From NCBI RefSeq assembly GCF_964194155.1, contig NC_135901.1:6200001-6264000 (forward strand): 64,000 nt of DNA, read 5' to 3'. Made by a program: the position numbers and the translations under genes. The first letter of the stretch is position 1, and every line of letters begins with the position of its first letter. Source of the stretch: Cetorhinus maximus (taxonomy: Eukaryota). The notes beneath the pieces were generated by a model. That model made no database searches, was not told the origin of the DNA, and was given only the letters and a program-made list of their open reading frames with translations. This document shows positions 1 to 10,699 of this stretch, in pieces.

Positions 1-13
1 TAAAAGGGTTTTC

Positions 14-2682
14 TGTAGTAATTATAGTTCTGATAAACGTAGGACTGTACCTTTAACCACAGGGGAGGAAAAGAGGAGAGCGATTCTCCTGAGTATTTGT
101 GGGCGCAAAACCTACAGTTTAATTCGAAGCTTGACGGCCCCCAGTGCCCCTGACTTGAAGACTCTCAGCAAATTAGTAACAATAAGGAGCATTCTCAACA
201 CAAACCCTCAGTCACAATGCAGACGTTCAGGTTCAATTCATTGAATACAGCCCCAAGAGAGACCATTGCTACCTATGTGGCGAAATTAAAACAACTCATA
301 GAATATTGTGATTTTGGTGAAAGCCTGAATGAAATGCTCAGAGATTATTTTGGTCTCTGGCGTGCAAGAGGATGCTATTCAGCGAAGATTGCTGACTGAA
401 GTGGATCTTGATTTTAAGAAAGCGTTAGAAATAGTACGTGCGATGGAAAGCGCTGGAAGGGATTCACAAGCGATTCAAGGTGCACAAAATGGCGCCATTT
501 TCCTAGTTGGGCGGGAACGGTCAACTGAAAGTGGCGCGAAAATCCAGGACTCCGCCGTGAAGCGGGAAACAGCCCCCGCTAACCGAAAATTGAGGAACCA
601 GTTTATTAGCAAATTCGAAAACTAAGTTTTATCGACGTGGAAACAATCACACTCCTAACGATTGGCAATTTAAAAGGTGGAGTGTTATTTTTGTCACAAA
701 AAAGGACACATATTGAAACATTGCAACACAACATTAAAACAGGCTTCCGGGCAACAAACAAAGCCCAATGAAGTATGTAGTGTGGAAGAGCCAGAAACAA
801 CCAATTCTGACATTTAATCCTTATTCAACATGAGAGTTGGGAAGACAGAGCCAGTCACTGTCACTTTACAGGTGAATGGGAAACTCTTAATAATGGAAGT
901 GGGCACTGGTGCTTCTACCACTGTAGTAGGAGAACACAATTTCAAATATTTAAATAAAGGTGCTCAACAATTAAATTTGGAACAAACGTCTACCAAGTTG
1001 AAAACGTACACAGTCGAAGAAATCCAGGTATAAGGTATCACCAGAGTACCTGCTTATTAGAGACACCAAACAGCACAACTACCAATGATGGTATCAGAAG
1101 GTACAGGACCAAGCCTTCTACGTCGAAATTGGTTGAGATAAACTAACCTTGATTGGCCAATAAGATTTCAAAAGGAAGCAGGAAGAGTTCCTGAGTTGGA
1201 AAAGGAACAAGGTAAGGTCCTTCAGAAAGAGCCTGGAGAGTCCAAGGACCGCACCTGGATGCAAATGGAATGTGTAGCTATTCAGCAACCTGAATAAATG
1301 AAGACTGTCTTAAACAACGACATGGAAGAACAGCAGAAGAAACTCAAGGCGACTCTGCTGAATTACAGAGTTCAAGTTGAAGCGAGTGAGTTTCGCAAAG
1401 AAAAGAAAAACCCTGTTGAAATATCCTCACACACTACAAGGATCCTACAGGTCAAAATTACGAAGAGAAGCAGAAAGAATTTAACATCACTCTGAGCAAA
1501 CTGAAGAACGAATTGGCACAGAAGACGCAGCAATGTTCAAGGTTCCGGGAGGAAGTCAACAGATGCACGAAGGAGACAGAAGAGCTGAAGAATCAGCTGA
1601 ATGAAGCGAAAGAGACCTTGAAAGGAAAGGTCGTAGAACATTCCAAGATGCGAGTAGATAATGAAGTCATGGGTAACTCAAATACTGAATTAAGACAAGT
1701 TGAGAAATCACCTGAGAGAAGTCTGGCCGACAGTGAAGTCAAGATGAAGGCCAAGACTATACTCTGTGGTAGAAAGCAGAAGACAAAAAGGATGAAGGTC
1801 CTGAAAAGACAATAAAAGGCGAGAATGAAAAAGTTAACAGGTGATCATCGGAAACTAAACTTGCTCGTTTCCTACTTCACTACAGACACAATCCAAATTT
1901 GGAGGATAAGATGGAGAAACGTCAAGGGAACCAAAAAGCGACTCCTGATTTGCATAGTCATCAGCAACAATTTACTGTTGGAGAAACAGTGTATGTAAGG
2001 ACTGAAGTGGTTAGCTGGTAAAGTAAGCTCTGTGGCCGGACCATTGTCGTACCGTATGGAAGTGGAGGGCCGGATCACCCGTAAGCATGTGGATCATTGA
2101 GGAAGAGAGATATCCCAAGAAAATGATGTTCCACCTGTAACCATTGCTGAACCTATGGTTCCTGTTGAAGTTGCTCAACCAAGGACAGACATGCCCGATG
2201 TCTCTGTCAGAGTGGAAGACACTGAACTGCCTGTGCCTAATGAGGTAACTGATGTCAATGCGGTTCCAGAGAATATGGTTCCTGCAAAAGAATCGGAAGT
2301 CGTGGAGCTTCGATGTTCCACACAGATCAGGAAACCATCTTAAAAACTGAATTTGTAATTTAATGGCCTGTGTAAATATTGTGATGGCATGAGATAAATA
2401 CAAAAGATAGAAAAGTTTAAGGTTGTGGTGGGGGGGGGGTGGGTGGTGGCTACAGTAATTATAGTTCTGATAAACGTAGGACTGTAGCTTTAAGAATACC
2501 CCTGTGTTGTAAGATCACATGATCTGTACGGACCAATGAGTTAGCAGCACGGGGACCCTCGAGGAGAGAATTCATCTTTAATTATAGAGTTAGATGCACA
2601 CATGTAACTGCTGCTGCCGTCTTGTAAATAAAGTTCAACGTTTCCACCAAGCAAAGCTGCCTAGAAAATCAACTCTATCACA
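14..2682 (+). mobile_element. Gypsy/Ty3 LTR retrotransposon, internally deleted and non-autonomous (truncated 5' LTR, gag, protease, integrase C-terminal tail, PPT, 3' LTR)
   Basis: 14-56 (TGTAGTAATTATAGTTCTGATAAACGTAGGACTGTA) recurs at the start of the 3' LTR (~2451). Gag-like translation (KRRAILLSICG..TYSLIRSL; LKQLIEYCDFGESLNEMLRD; IQRRLLTEVDLDFKKALE). Protease-like VNGKLLIMEVGTGASTTVV. Integrase tail (GPLSYRMEV..RKHVDH; LRCSTQIRKP). G-rich PPT at ~2421-2450. Ends ..ATCACA, flanked by TTTTC/CTTTC (probable TSD). Confidence 0.8.
2451..2682 (+). mobile_element. 3' LTR of the Gypsy element
   Basis: Follows the PPT, contains AATAAA (~2627), ends in CA, and matches the 5' LTR stub at 14-56. 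Confidence 0.7.
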
Positions 2683-2892
2683 CTTTCTTCCCGAAAGTAT
2701 ATCAGTGAAACAAACAGGGTTTTTATGACAATTGATGGTCACCATTACTGAGACTAGCTTTCAATTCCAGATTTATTCATTGAATTTAAATTCCAACTTC
2801 CACTGTGGTGGGAATTGAACCCATGGCCCCCAGAGCATTAGCTAGGCCTCTGGATTAGTAGTCCAGACATTAATGCTATGCCACTATCCCAT
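2683..2892 (-). mobile_element. tRNA-derived SINE (5' half), apparently interrupted by the Gypsy element
   Basis: The reverse complement begins with A-box-like TGGCATAGC and B-box GGTTCAATTCC. The same family recurs many times in the window. Confidence 0.65.
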
Positions 2893-3267
2893 CTTTTAGT
2901 GACAATCGTATATTGATAGCCCTTAGTTCTGGTCTCACTCCACACAAATAGAAAGACTTTCTCTATCCTATCGAAAAACCCCTTTCATCGTCTTAATCAG
3001 GTCACCCCTCAGCCTCCTCATTTCTAGAGAAAAGAGCCCCAGCCTGTTCAATCTTTCCTGAGAGCTATAACCTCTCGGATTTTGGTAGTGTAGGAAATGC
3101 AGAATAGATGAAGAATAGCCTCCTTCGGTGCTTTCAAGTCCTGAGAAGATCGGGAAAAGGGGTTTAATTTCACTCCACCTAGCGGAAACTGCACAGCAAC
3201 AGACTTAAAATGGTAGCGGGCAACTTGCTTCTCCAGCCCTTTTGGCACCGGGTGGCGGGGCTGTGAC

Positions 3268-4040
3268 AGGAAGAATAAAAAAGAGGCATATTATCTAAAT
3301 GGTGAGAGATTGCAGAGCTCTGAGATGAAGAGGGATCTTGGTGTCCTAGTGCATGAATCACAAAAGGCTAATAGCTTTTACATCAAGTAATTAGGAAGGC
3401 TAATAGAATGTTATCGTTTATTGCGAGGGGGATTGTTTGTAGGGAGGTTATGCTTCAGTTCTGTGGGGCACTGGTGAGACCGTATCTGGAGTACTGTGTA
3501 CAGTATTGGTCACCTTATTTAAGGAAAGATGTCAATGCATTAGAAGCAGTTCAGAGGATGTTTACCAGGCTAATATCAAGAATATGTGGGTTGTCTTATG
3601 AGAAAAGGTTGGACAGGTTAGGCTCGTATCCACTGGAATTTGGATGAGTAAGAGGTGACTTGATTGAAACATTTAAGATCCTGAGGGGTCTTGACAGGGT
3701 GGATGTGGAGAGGATGTTTCCTCTTGTGGGAGAATCTAGAACGAGGGGTCACTGTTTTAAAAATAAGGGTTCGCTCATTTAAGGCAGAGATGGGGAGAAT
3801 TTTTTTCTCTCAGAGGGTCGTGAGTCTGTGGAACTCTCTTCCTCAAAAGGCGGTAGATGCAGAGTCTTTGAATATTTCTAAGGCAGAGCTAGATAGATTC
3901 TTGGTTAACAAGAGGTTGAAAGGTTATCGGGGGTAGGCAGGAATGTGGGGTTGAGGTGACAATCAGGTCAGCCATGATCTTATTGAATGGCAGAACAGGC
4001 TCAAGTGGCCGAGTGGCCGACTCCTGCTCCTAATTCATAA
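3268..4040 (+). mobile_element. CR1 LINE, 3' fragment
   Basis: CR1 ORF2 C-terminal motifs (LVRPYLEYCVQYWSPYLRKDVNALEAVQR; FFSQRVVSLWNSLP) followed by a CR1-type 3' UTR. Confidence 0.9.
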
Positions 4041-4419
4041 TTTGCAATGTGTCCATCTGAATTCATACACATCAGGGTTCCAGTGGGGTACATGACACAC
4101 GTTTGCCATTGTTAGTGGAGTGCCCTCTGGGCTGCACAAGGGTAGCTAGACTCTTCCTCCCACTCTTCACTGCCGCACCCCCCACCCCACCTACCTCCTC
4201 AGGCCTTTACACACCACCCTCCCTCCTTCCTCTATTACTTTCCCTGGGCCCCCTAGTTTTGGGATGAGTGGGGCCAGCGAGACCCAACGGCCAGCGAGAG
4301 GTCCTTTCATGGCTCCAGGTTCTCCAGATGTGCATTGACAAGGTTCCCCCCCTCCTCCCTGAAGCTCGAAAGAGAATGGGACCCTCCCATGAGAGAGGCT
4401 GTCCCGCTTGTGATCCTGG

Positions 4420-5460
4420 TTGGAAATGGTGGGAAACTGGGAAATATTGGGATGCAGAGGGACCTGGGTGTCCTTCTACACGAATTAAAGAAATTACAGC
4501 ATATAGGTACAGCAAGGAAATCGAAAGGTAAATGGCATGTTCTCTTTTATTGCAAACGGATTGGCATATAAAAGTAAAGAAGTCTTAAAATAATTATATA
4601 GATCTTTGGTGAGACTACACCCGAATATTGTGCACAATTCTGGATCCCTAACCCTACCCCTAATCTTAAACCCAACCCTAACTCCCTAACCCCATCCCTA
4701 ACTCCCTATCCCTAATCTTAACTCCCTAACCCCATCCCTAACTCTTCAACCCCATCCCTAACTCCCAACTCCAGCCATAACCCCATCCCCAACTTCCTAC
4801 CTCATCCCTAACTCCCCAAACCCCACCCCTAGCTCACTACCCCTAACCCTAACCCCATCCTTAACTCCCTACTCCTAACCCTAGCTCCCTAACCCTATCC
4901 TTAACTCCCTAACCCCATCCATAACTCTAACTAAACTGATTCCTGGGATGAGAGGGATGTCCTATGAGGGGAGATTGAGTAGAATGGCCCCATATTCTCT
5001 GGAGTTTAGAAGAATGAGAGGTGATCTAATTGAAATATATAAAATTCTTCGGGGGTTTAACAGGGTCGATTCTGGGAGGCTGTTAACCACCCCCCCCCCA
5101 ACTCCCCCCGCACCCCCCCACCTCCCCCCCCCCCGCCCCGCACCCCCACCCCCTCCCCTGGCTGGGGAGTCTGGAACAATGGTGGGGGTCACAGTCTTAG
5201 GATAAGAGATCAGCCATTTTGGACTGAGATGAGGAGAAATTTCTTCACTCAGAGGGTTGGGAATCTTTGGAATTATCTACCCCAGAGAGCAATGGATGTT
5301 CCATCATTGGGTATACTCAAGACTCAGATTGATAGATTTTTGGGCACTGAAGGTGGGAAAGTGGAGTTGAAGTAGAACATCATCCATGATCTTAATGAAT
5401 GGGTGGGGCAGGCTCGAGAGGCCGAATGGCCTCCTCCTGCTCCTATTTGTCTTGTTGTTT
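4420..5460 (+). mobile_element. CR1 LINE 3' fragment interrupted by a telomere-like tract
   Basis: QRDLGVL..; GMSYEGRLSRM..YSLEFRRMRGDLIEIYKILRGF; CR1 3' UTR. Confidence 0.85.
4645..4934 (+). repeat. Degenerate (CCCTAA)n interstitial telomere-like repeat
   Basis: Many CCCTAA/CCCCAT/CTCCCTAA units, partly in a ~20-bp higher-order unit (CCCTAACTCCCTAACCCCAT). Confidence 0.8.
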
Positions 5461-5667
5461 GCTAGATCTTGGGAATAATGTGTATCTTTTTCCGATTTGA
5501 TCAATGGATCCTCATCCTCAACCTCCCTTGGTTGCCATGGCTACAGGAGTAGGCCATTTGGCCTTTTGAACTTACTTCCCTGCTTCACTCACCACCTATT
5601 TTGGAGCTTTTTAAAGACCATCCGGTTCATCAACAGCTCTAACCTGTTTCTTGTCCACCCCTTGCAG

Positions 5668-5807
5668 GTATACAGCGGTTGCCATGCCAATGCTATACAA
5701 TACCCGTTGCAGCTCCAAGCAGAGAGTCACGTTGATGATAACCATGGTCTGGATGCTGTCCTTCGCCATCTCATGCCCGCTGCTCTTCGAGCTAAAAAAA
5801 CACCCTG
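5668..5807 (+). CDS. DRD2: DRD2-like exon (end of DRY motif, ICL2, TM4)
   Basis: TTGCAG|G TAT ACA GCG.. translates YTAVAMPMLYNTRCSSKQRVTLMITMVWMLSFAISCPLLF; donor G|GTAAAC. Confidence 0.9.
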
Positions 5808-6179
5808 GTAAACTGTGCCCATCAAGAACCCTTCTTTCATCTTTTATTCCTCTATTGTCTCCTTTTATGGTAAGGGAGGGGCATGAGAATTCTCACAGCA
5901 ATCCCAAGGATTGGGGACTTCAGTTATATGGAGAGACCGGATCAGCTGGGATTGTTCTCCTTAGAGCAGAGAAGGTTCAGGGGGAGATTTAATTGAGGCA
6001 TGCAAAATCATGAGAGGTTTTGACAGAGTAAATAAGGAGAAAGTGTTTCCAGTGGCAGGAGGGCCGGTAACCAGAGGGCCACAGATGGAAGAGAATCGGG
6101 AAAAGAAGCAGAGGGGGGGAGGAGGAGAATTTATACTCCACACGAGCCCACTCCCACCACCTCTTTATCTCCCCCATCA

Positions 6180-6920
6180 CCATTTCCTTCTATTCCTTTC
6201 TCCCTCATGTGTTTATCCAGCTTCCCCATTAAATACATCGATAATATTCACCTCAACCACTCCCTGTGGGAATGAGTTCCACATTCTCCCCACTCTCTGG
6301 ATGAAGAAGTTTCTCCTGAATTCCCCATTGGATTTACTAGTTGTTGCACTATGCTGATAGTGCTGGTATCCCACCACTGCCAACCATGTTGTATTATGGT
6401 GCGCGGTGGTGTCTCAACAATGCGACCTTGAGACTTGTAGATTTAAACATGAACTCTTTATCTATTTACAGATCTCAGGTTACTGTCATGCATGGCGCTG
6501 CTACCTCCATACAGGCTGGTTCCAAAGCGTTCTATCTAGACTGTTCTCTCAGTCTGTTACCATGTGACCTTATACATCATACCGTGGGTGGTGCTATTCT
6601 CCAGTCCCTCTCTAACCCTTACTCTGCCGTGCACCTTTACATTACAGTGGCATGCAGGCACATACAACACTAGTGATTATCTTATATTGATGGCCGTCTA
6701 GTTCTGGTCTCCCACCAGCCCTACCCTCCCCCACCCCACCCCACCCCAAAAGTGGAAACAGCTTCTCTATGTTCACCCTGTCAAAACTCTTTTATAGTTT
6801 TAAAGGCTTCTATCAGGTCACCCATCAGCCTTCTTTTCTAGAGGAAAGAGCCCCAGCCTGTTCAGTCTTGCCTGGTAGTTATAAGCTCGTAATTCGAGTG
6901 CCATCTTTGTGAACCTTTAG
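6180..6920 (-). mobile_element. CR1 LINE fragment, split by the solo LTR
   Basis: Reverse-complement CR1 3' ORF2 sequence, near-identical in style to 33330-33650. Confidence 0.75.
6342..6669. mobile_element. Solo LTR inserted into a minus-strand CR1
   Basis: TGTTG...CAACA termini, 5-bp TSD CTAGT (6337-6341 and 6670-6674), and the CR1 sequence resumes on both sides. Confidence 0.8.
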
Positions 6921-6994
6921 TTACATCTTCCCCAGTGACTCAATGACAGTTTTTGCAATTGTGGAGACCAGGAATGTGCTCTGTCCTCTTCCAG

Positions 6995-7194
6995 ATAAAA
7001 GGGACGAGACCATCTGTGCCATCATGAACACTTCTTTCATCTTATATTCCTCTATTGTCTCCTTCTACATTCCCTTCATCGTGACGCTGTTAGTTTACGT
7101 CCAGATCTATGCCATGCTGAGACGGAGGAGGAAGCGCGTGGCAGCTAAGAGGATCAGCGTTGCCATGGAGCATGAAACCCAACCACCCATAAAG
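6995..7194 (+). CDS. DRD2: DRD2-like exon (ECL2, TM5, start of ICL3)
   Basis: TTCCAG|AT AAA.. translates [53 protein letters not shown]; donor GTCGGA. Confidence 0.9.
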
Positions 7195-7730
7195 GTCGGA
7201 AGAGTAAATAACAAGCTCAAGTATTAAAATGAGGGAATGTGCGTAGTGGGCGTGGTGTAAGTGACTGACCTTTAACCTCTAAACTCCGTGATTAAATCCT
7301 GCCCAAGTTCGCTTTGTGTAGAGGCTGCACGGGTTCAAGTCGACATGGGTTAGAGTGGCTTCGATCCATTTTGTATCAGACATGCTGCCATGATGCAGAG
7401 TTGCTTTCAACCTGCCATTTAATGGAGGATACAGGATGACTGGGGAAGTGATGTCACCACAAGTATAGGATGTTGGTCATTTATAAGAGGCTGCAGATTG
7501 GCAGGCATAGAGGGAAATGTACATCTAACCCCATGTTGTACCTGCCCTGGGAGATTTTGATGGGGACAGTGTAGAGGGAGATTTACTTTGCATCTAACCC
7601 CATGCTGCACCTGTCCTGGGAGTGTTTGAAGGGGACAGTATCTTGCTTTATTATTTAAAAAACATGCTTTTTAGAGTGAAATTTCCTTGTGCAATATTAC
7701 TGTACGTTTCACACAATCATATTTCAGCTG

Positions 7731-8140
7731 AAACATTCACTCCCTCCACCTCCGACGCACAGTGGCAGCAGAGTGTACCATCTAGAAGATGCACTGCAGC
7801 AACTCACCAAGCTTCCTTAGACCGTACCTCCCAAACCCACGACCATGACCATCTAGAAGGACAAGTGTAGCAAATAGATGGAAACACCACCACCTGGAAT
7901 TTCCCCTTCTAGTCAAGCACCATCCTGACTTGGAAATATATCGGCCATTCCTTCACTGTCACTGGGTCAAAATCCTGGAACACCCTCCCTAACAGCAATG
8001 TGGGTGCACCTACACCGCATGGACTGCAGCGGTTCAAGAAGGCAGGTCAGCCCTACCTTCTCAAGGGGCAATTAGGGATGGGCAAGAAATGCTGGCTCAG
8101 CTGGTGAAGCCAACATCCCATGAACGAATAATTTTTTTTT
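7731..8140 (+). mobile_element. 3' end of a second LINE family (CR1/L2 group)
   Basis: Recurrent family (HSLHHRRTVAAVCTIYKMHC..VAGSKSWNSLPNSTVGVPTPHGLQRFKK) ending in GGGCAATAAATGCTGG..CATCCCATGAA. Confidence 0.75.
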
Positions 8141-8322
8141 AAAATGCAATACTTAAGTCAGTAATTTTGAAAGGATTTTTGCCCTATTTAATGGACAATC
8201 TCTCAATTCAAATTGTAAACAATGGGTTTTCTTTATGGCCGATATGAAGTATTTATATCCATGTTCGTGCCTACACTGTTGCCAGGGTCGATAATTCCAT
8301 TTTTTGTTTTATTTAGTTTCAG

Positions 8323-8409
8323 AATAAGTGCACACACCCGGAAGATGTCAAACTTTGCACTTTAATGGTCCAATCAAACGGGAGCACCAGCGTGAGTAAA
8401 AAGAAATTG
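8323..8409 (+). CDS. DRD2: DRD2-like 87-bp (29 aa) D2-long-specific exon
   Basis: TTTCAG|NKCTHPEDVKLCTLMVQSNGSTSVSKKKL|GTAAGG, homologous to the human D2L insert [29 protein letters not shown]. This distinguishes D2 from D3 and D4. Confidence 0.9.
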
Positions 8410-8709
8410 GTAAGGCCTCATCTGGAGACATCAGAATCCTCGGAGCTGATTGACAAATTCCCAGTTCAATTTGAGTGGCCGAAATTCCCACTTGTCACTA
8501 GGGTCATCAATCATTCCAAAGGTCATTGATCAACTCTCTTCCCATTCACTGCCATCGCACGAAATCTCAATGGACCCAAACCTCTTCCCACTCACTCCCA
8601 TTGTACACAATCCCAATGGAACAAGCCCCTTGTCCTTCACTCCTATTGCGCAGAATGTCAGTAGATCGATCCACTTCCATCGCACAGAACCCTAATTCCT
8701 TTCCCTTCC

Positions 8710-9150
8710 ATGGAGAGATTGGAGAAGTTGGGATTGTTCTCCTTAGTACAGAGAAGGTTAAGAGAGAGATTTAATCGAGGTAGGCAAAATCATGAGGGGT
8801 TCGGATAGAGTAAATAAAGAGAAACAGTTTCCTGTGTCAGGAGGGTCGGTAACCAGAGGGACACAGATTGAAGAGAATCAATAAAAGAAAGAGGAGGAGA
8901 TGAGGAGATTTTTTTTAAATTTTTACACAGTGATTTGCTGTGATCTGGAAGGCGCTGCCTGAAAGGGCGGTGGAAGCAGATTCAGTAGGAACTTTCAAAA
9001 GGGGAATTGGATAAATAGTTGAAGGGGAAAGATTTGTCAGGCTGTTGGGCGAAGAGCGGGCGGAAGTGTGGGACTAATTAGAAAGCTCTTTCAAAGAGCC
9101 AGCAGAGGCTCGATGGGCTTAATGGGCTTCTGTGCAGTATGATACTGTGA
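8710..9150 (+). mobile_element. CR1 LINE 3' fragment
   Basis: Typical CR1 terminal ORF2 and 3' UTR sequence. Confidence 0.75.
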
Positions 9151-9307
9151 ACAAGTTAACTGCCCACACTCCATGTACAAAATGGTGACTTGGAACCAAC
9201 GGCCTTTTGTCATTCCCTTCCTTGTCCTCTCCTGTGATTTGTGTGTGCTCTGGTCTGTGCTGTTGGCTGTTGGTAACACCCATTTTCTCTTCTTTTTGGC
9301 ATCCTAG

Positions 9308-9643
9308 ACACTGGTACGAGAAGCAATCCCTTGCTCTGAAGAATCTGAGGGAGCCCGCTTTGTGGGGCCTCCCGAGAGGTCAAGGCCAACAGGAACTTTG
9401 CTGGCTTTCCAGCTCTGGACCACTTCCAGATCCTGCCTGATGGCTGGTGAATGGAAGGCCCCTTCCTCCATCGAGGCATCCGGGGACCCCGAGTGCGATG
9501 GCCAAGCAAGGTTCTTCAGGCGGAGCGCTTTTGAAGTGCAGAGGGTGTCGGACGAGAAACAGGTGCCAGTGGCCAAATCAGCAGTGAAAGCAAACTGTCC
9601 CACCAGAAGGAGAAGAAAGCAACACGGTTGGCGGTTGTCTTAG
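9308..9643 (+). pseudogene. DRD2: DRD2-like ICL3/TM6 exon, frameshifted
   Basis: PPERSR and FEVQ are in one frame, while LPDP and KLSHQKEKKATRLAVVL are not in that frame. Exon length 336 (3n) is incompatible with the required phase 0 to phase 1 boundaries. Confidence 0.8.
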
Positions 9644-10300
9644 GTGATTCTAGAACAAACCAGAACAATAGACTATGTTCCACCGAGACACAATGATTTA
9701 GAACAATTGCCCAAGATCCACAGCCTCGTTGGTCTCGAACAATGTTTTAGGTGCCATCATGTCAACATGATCTAGAATAGGCAAAGTCTATCGGTTCTTA
9801 TAATGATCTAGAACAGCAGACCGAGTTCTATGTAGTTACAACCATCTAGAACAATAGACGAGATTCCATTGTGTCTCAATGATTTATAAGAACAGGATAG
9901 ATCCATGGATCCTGAAATGATCTAGGGCTGTAGGAGAAATTACATGCTCTATAACTGTGGACTAACTTCCATAGTCTGGAAATGATCTAGCAAAATAGTC
10001 AAAGTTTCGTTGTGGCACAATGATCTAGAACCATAGGTTAAGTTGCATTGTAGCACAATGACTTAGATCAACAGTCCAAGTTCATGGGTTTTGCTGTGAT
10101 CTAGAACAATGGGCTGCATTCCACTAGACCGCAAAGTTCTAGAGCAATAGGCCAAGCTGCACGGAAATGTAATGATCTAGACTAATTGGCTGTGTATAGT
10201 GTTACCATACTCCCAGTAGATTAGTCAGAGTCCTATAGTGTTACAATGATCTAGAATAATAGGCTAAGTTGTATGAAATCGCTATGTTCTAGGATTGGAT
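9644..10300. repeat. Diverged ~38-bp minisatellite with a conserved AATGATCTAGAACAATAG core (~17-18 units)
   Basis: The core recurs at ~9692, 9767, 9803, 9841, 9878, 9917, 9981, 10019, 10057, 10096, 10133, 10171, 10246 and 10284. Confidence 0.8.
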
Positions 10301-10511
10301 TCTATACCGATGATACCAAATTTGTAAGCTTGTGTGCCAGAGATGTAATGTGAATTTTAGCAAAGAACTAGCAACTATAAGTAATTAATGGATGCCCTGT
10401 TGCCATATGGTTGAGGAGCTGAGTGGAGTAGGAACCCTTTTGCGAGTCACTGTGTTGCGATGACAAATGGCCCACACTCTTTTCCTCTCTCTCTCTCTGT
10501 CGGATTGGCAG

Positions 10512-10699
10512 GCATCTTCATCATCTGCTCGCTGCCGTTTTTCATTATTCACATCCTGAACGTCCACTGCCAGACGTGCTACATCCCGCCAGGGCTCTAC
10601 AGCGCCTGCGCCTGGCTGGGTTACGTCATCAACCCCATCATCTACACGACCTTCAACGTGGAGTTCCGCAAAGCCATCATGAAGATCTTGCATTGCTAA
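10512..10699 (+). CDS. DRD2: DRD2-like last coding exon (TM6, TM7, C-tail)
   Basis: GGCAG|GC ATC TTC.. translates [62 protein letters not shown], ending in the D2-type ILHC. Confidence 0.9.

Larger units (their letters stand above)
5668..10699 (+). pseudogene. DRD2: Dopamine receptor D2-family gene (drd2 or drd2-like), 3' five exons; probable pseudogene. Earlier exons not seen in the window
   Basis: Five exons with DRD2-like sequence and matching AG/GT boundaries: 5668-5807, 6995-7194, 8323-8409, 9308-9643, 10512-10699. Lesions: frameshift(s) in the ICL3/TM6 exon, CWLP->CSLP, and deletion of NSA from WLGYVNSAVNPIIY. Confidence 0.85.

Noticed and set aside
2800-2892. tRNA gene (A/B boxes)
   Set aside because: It is the tRNA-derived head of a multicopy SINE; no full cloverleaf.
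4268-4345. Possible DRD2 exon 3 (..CIDK|GT resembling AISIDR)
   Set aside because: No match to the TM3 sequence CDIFVTLDVMMCTAS; chance resemblance.
9644-10300. CRISPR array
   Set aside because: Vertebrate intron, no cas genes, degenerate repeats, and mutually related spacers: a minisatellite.
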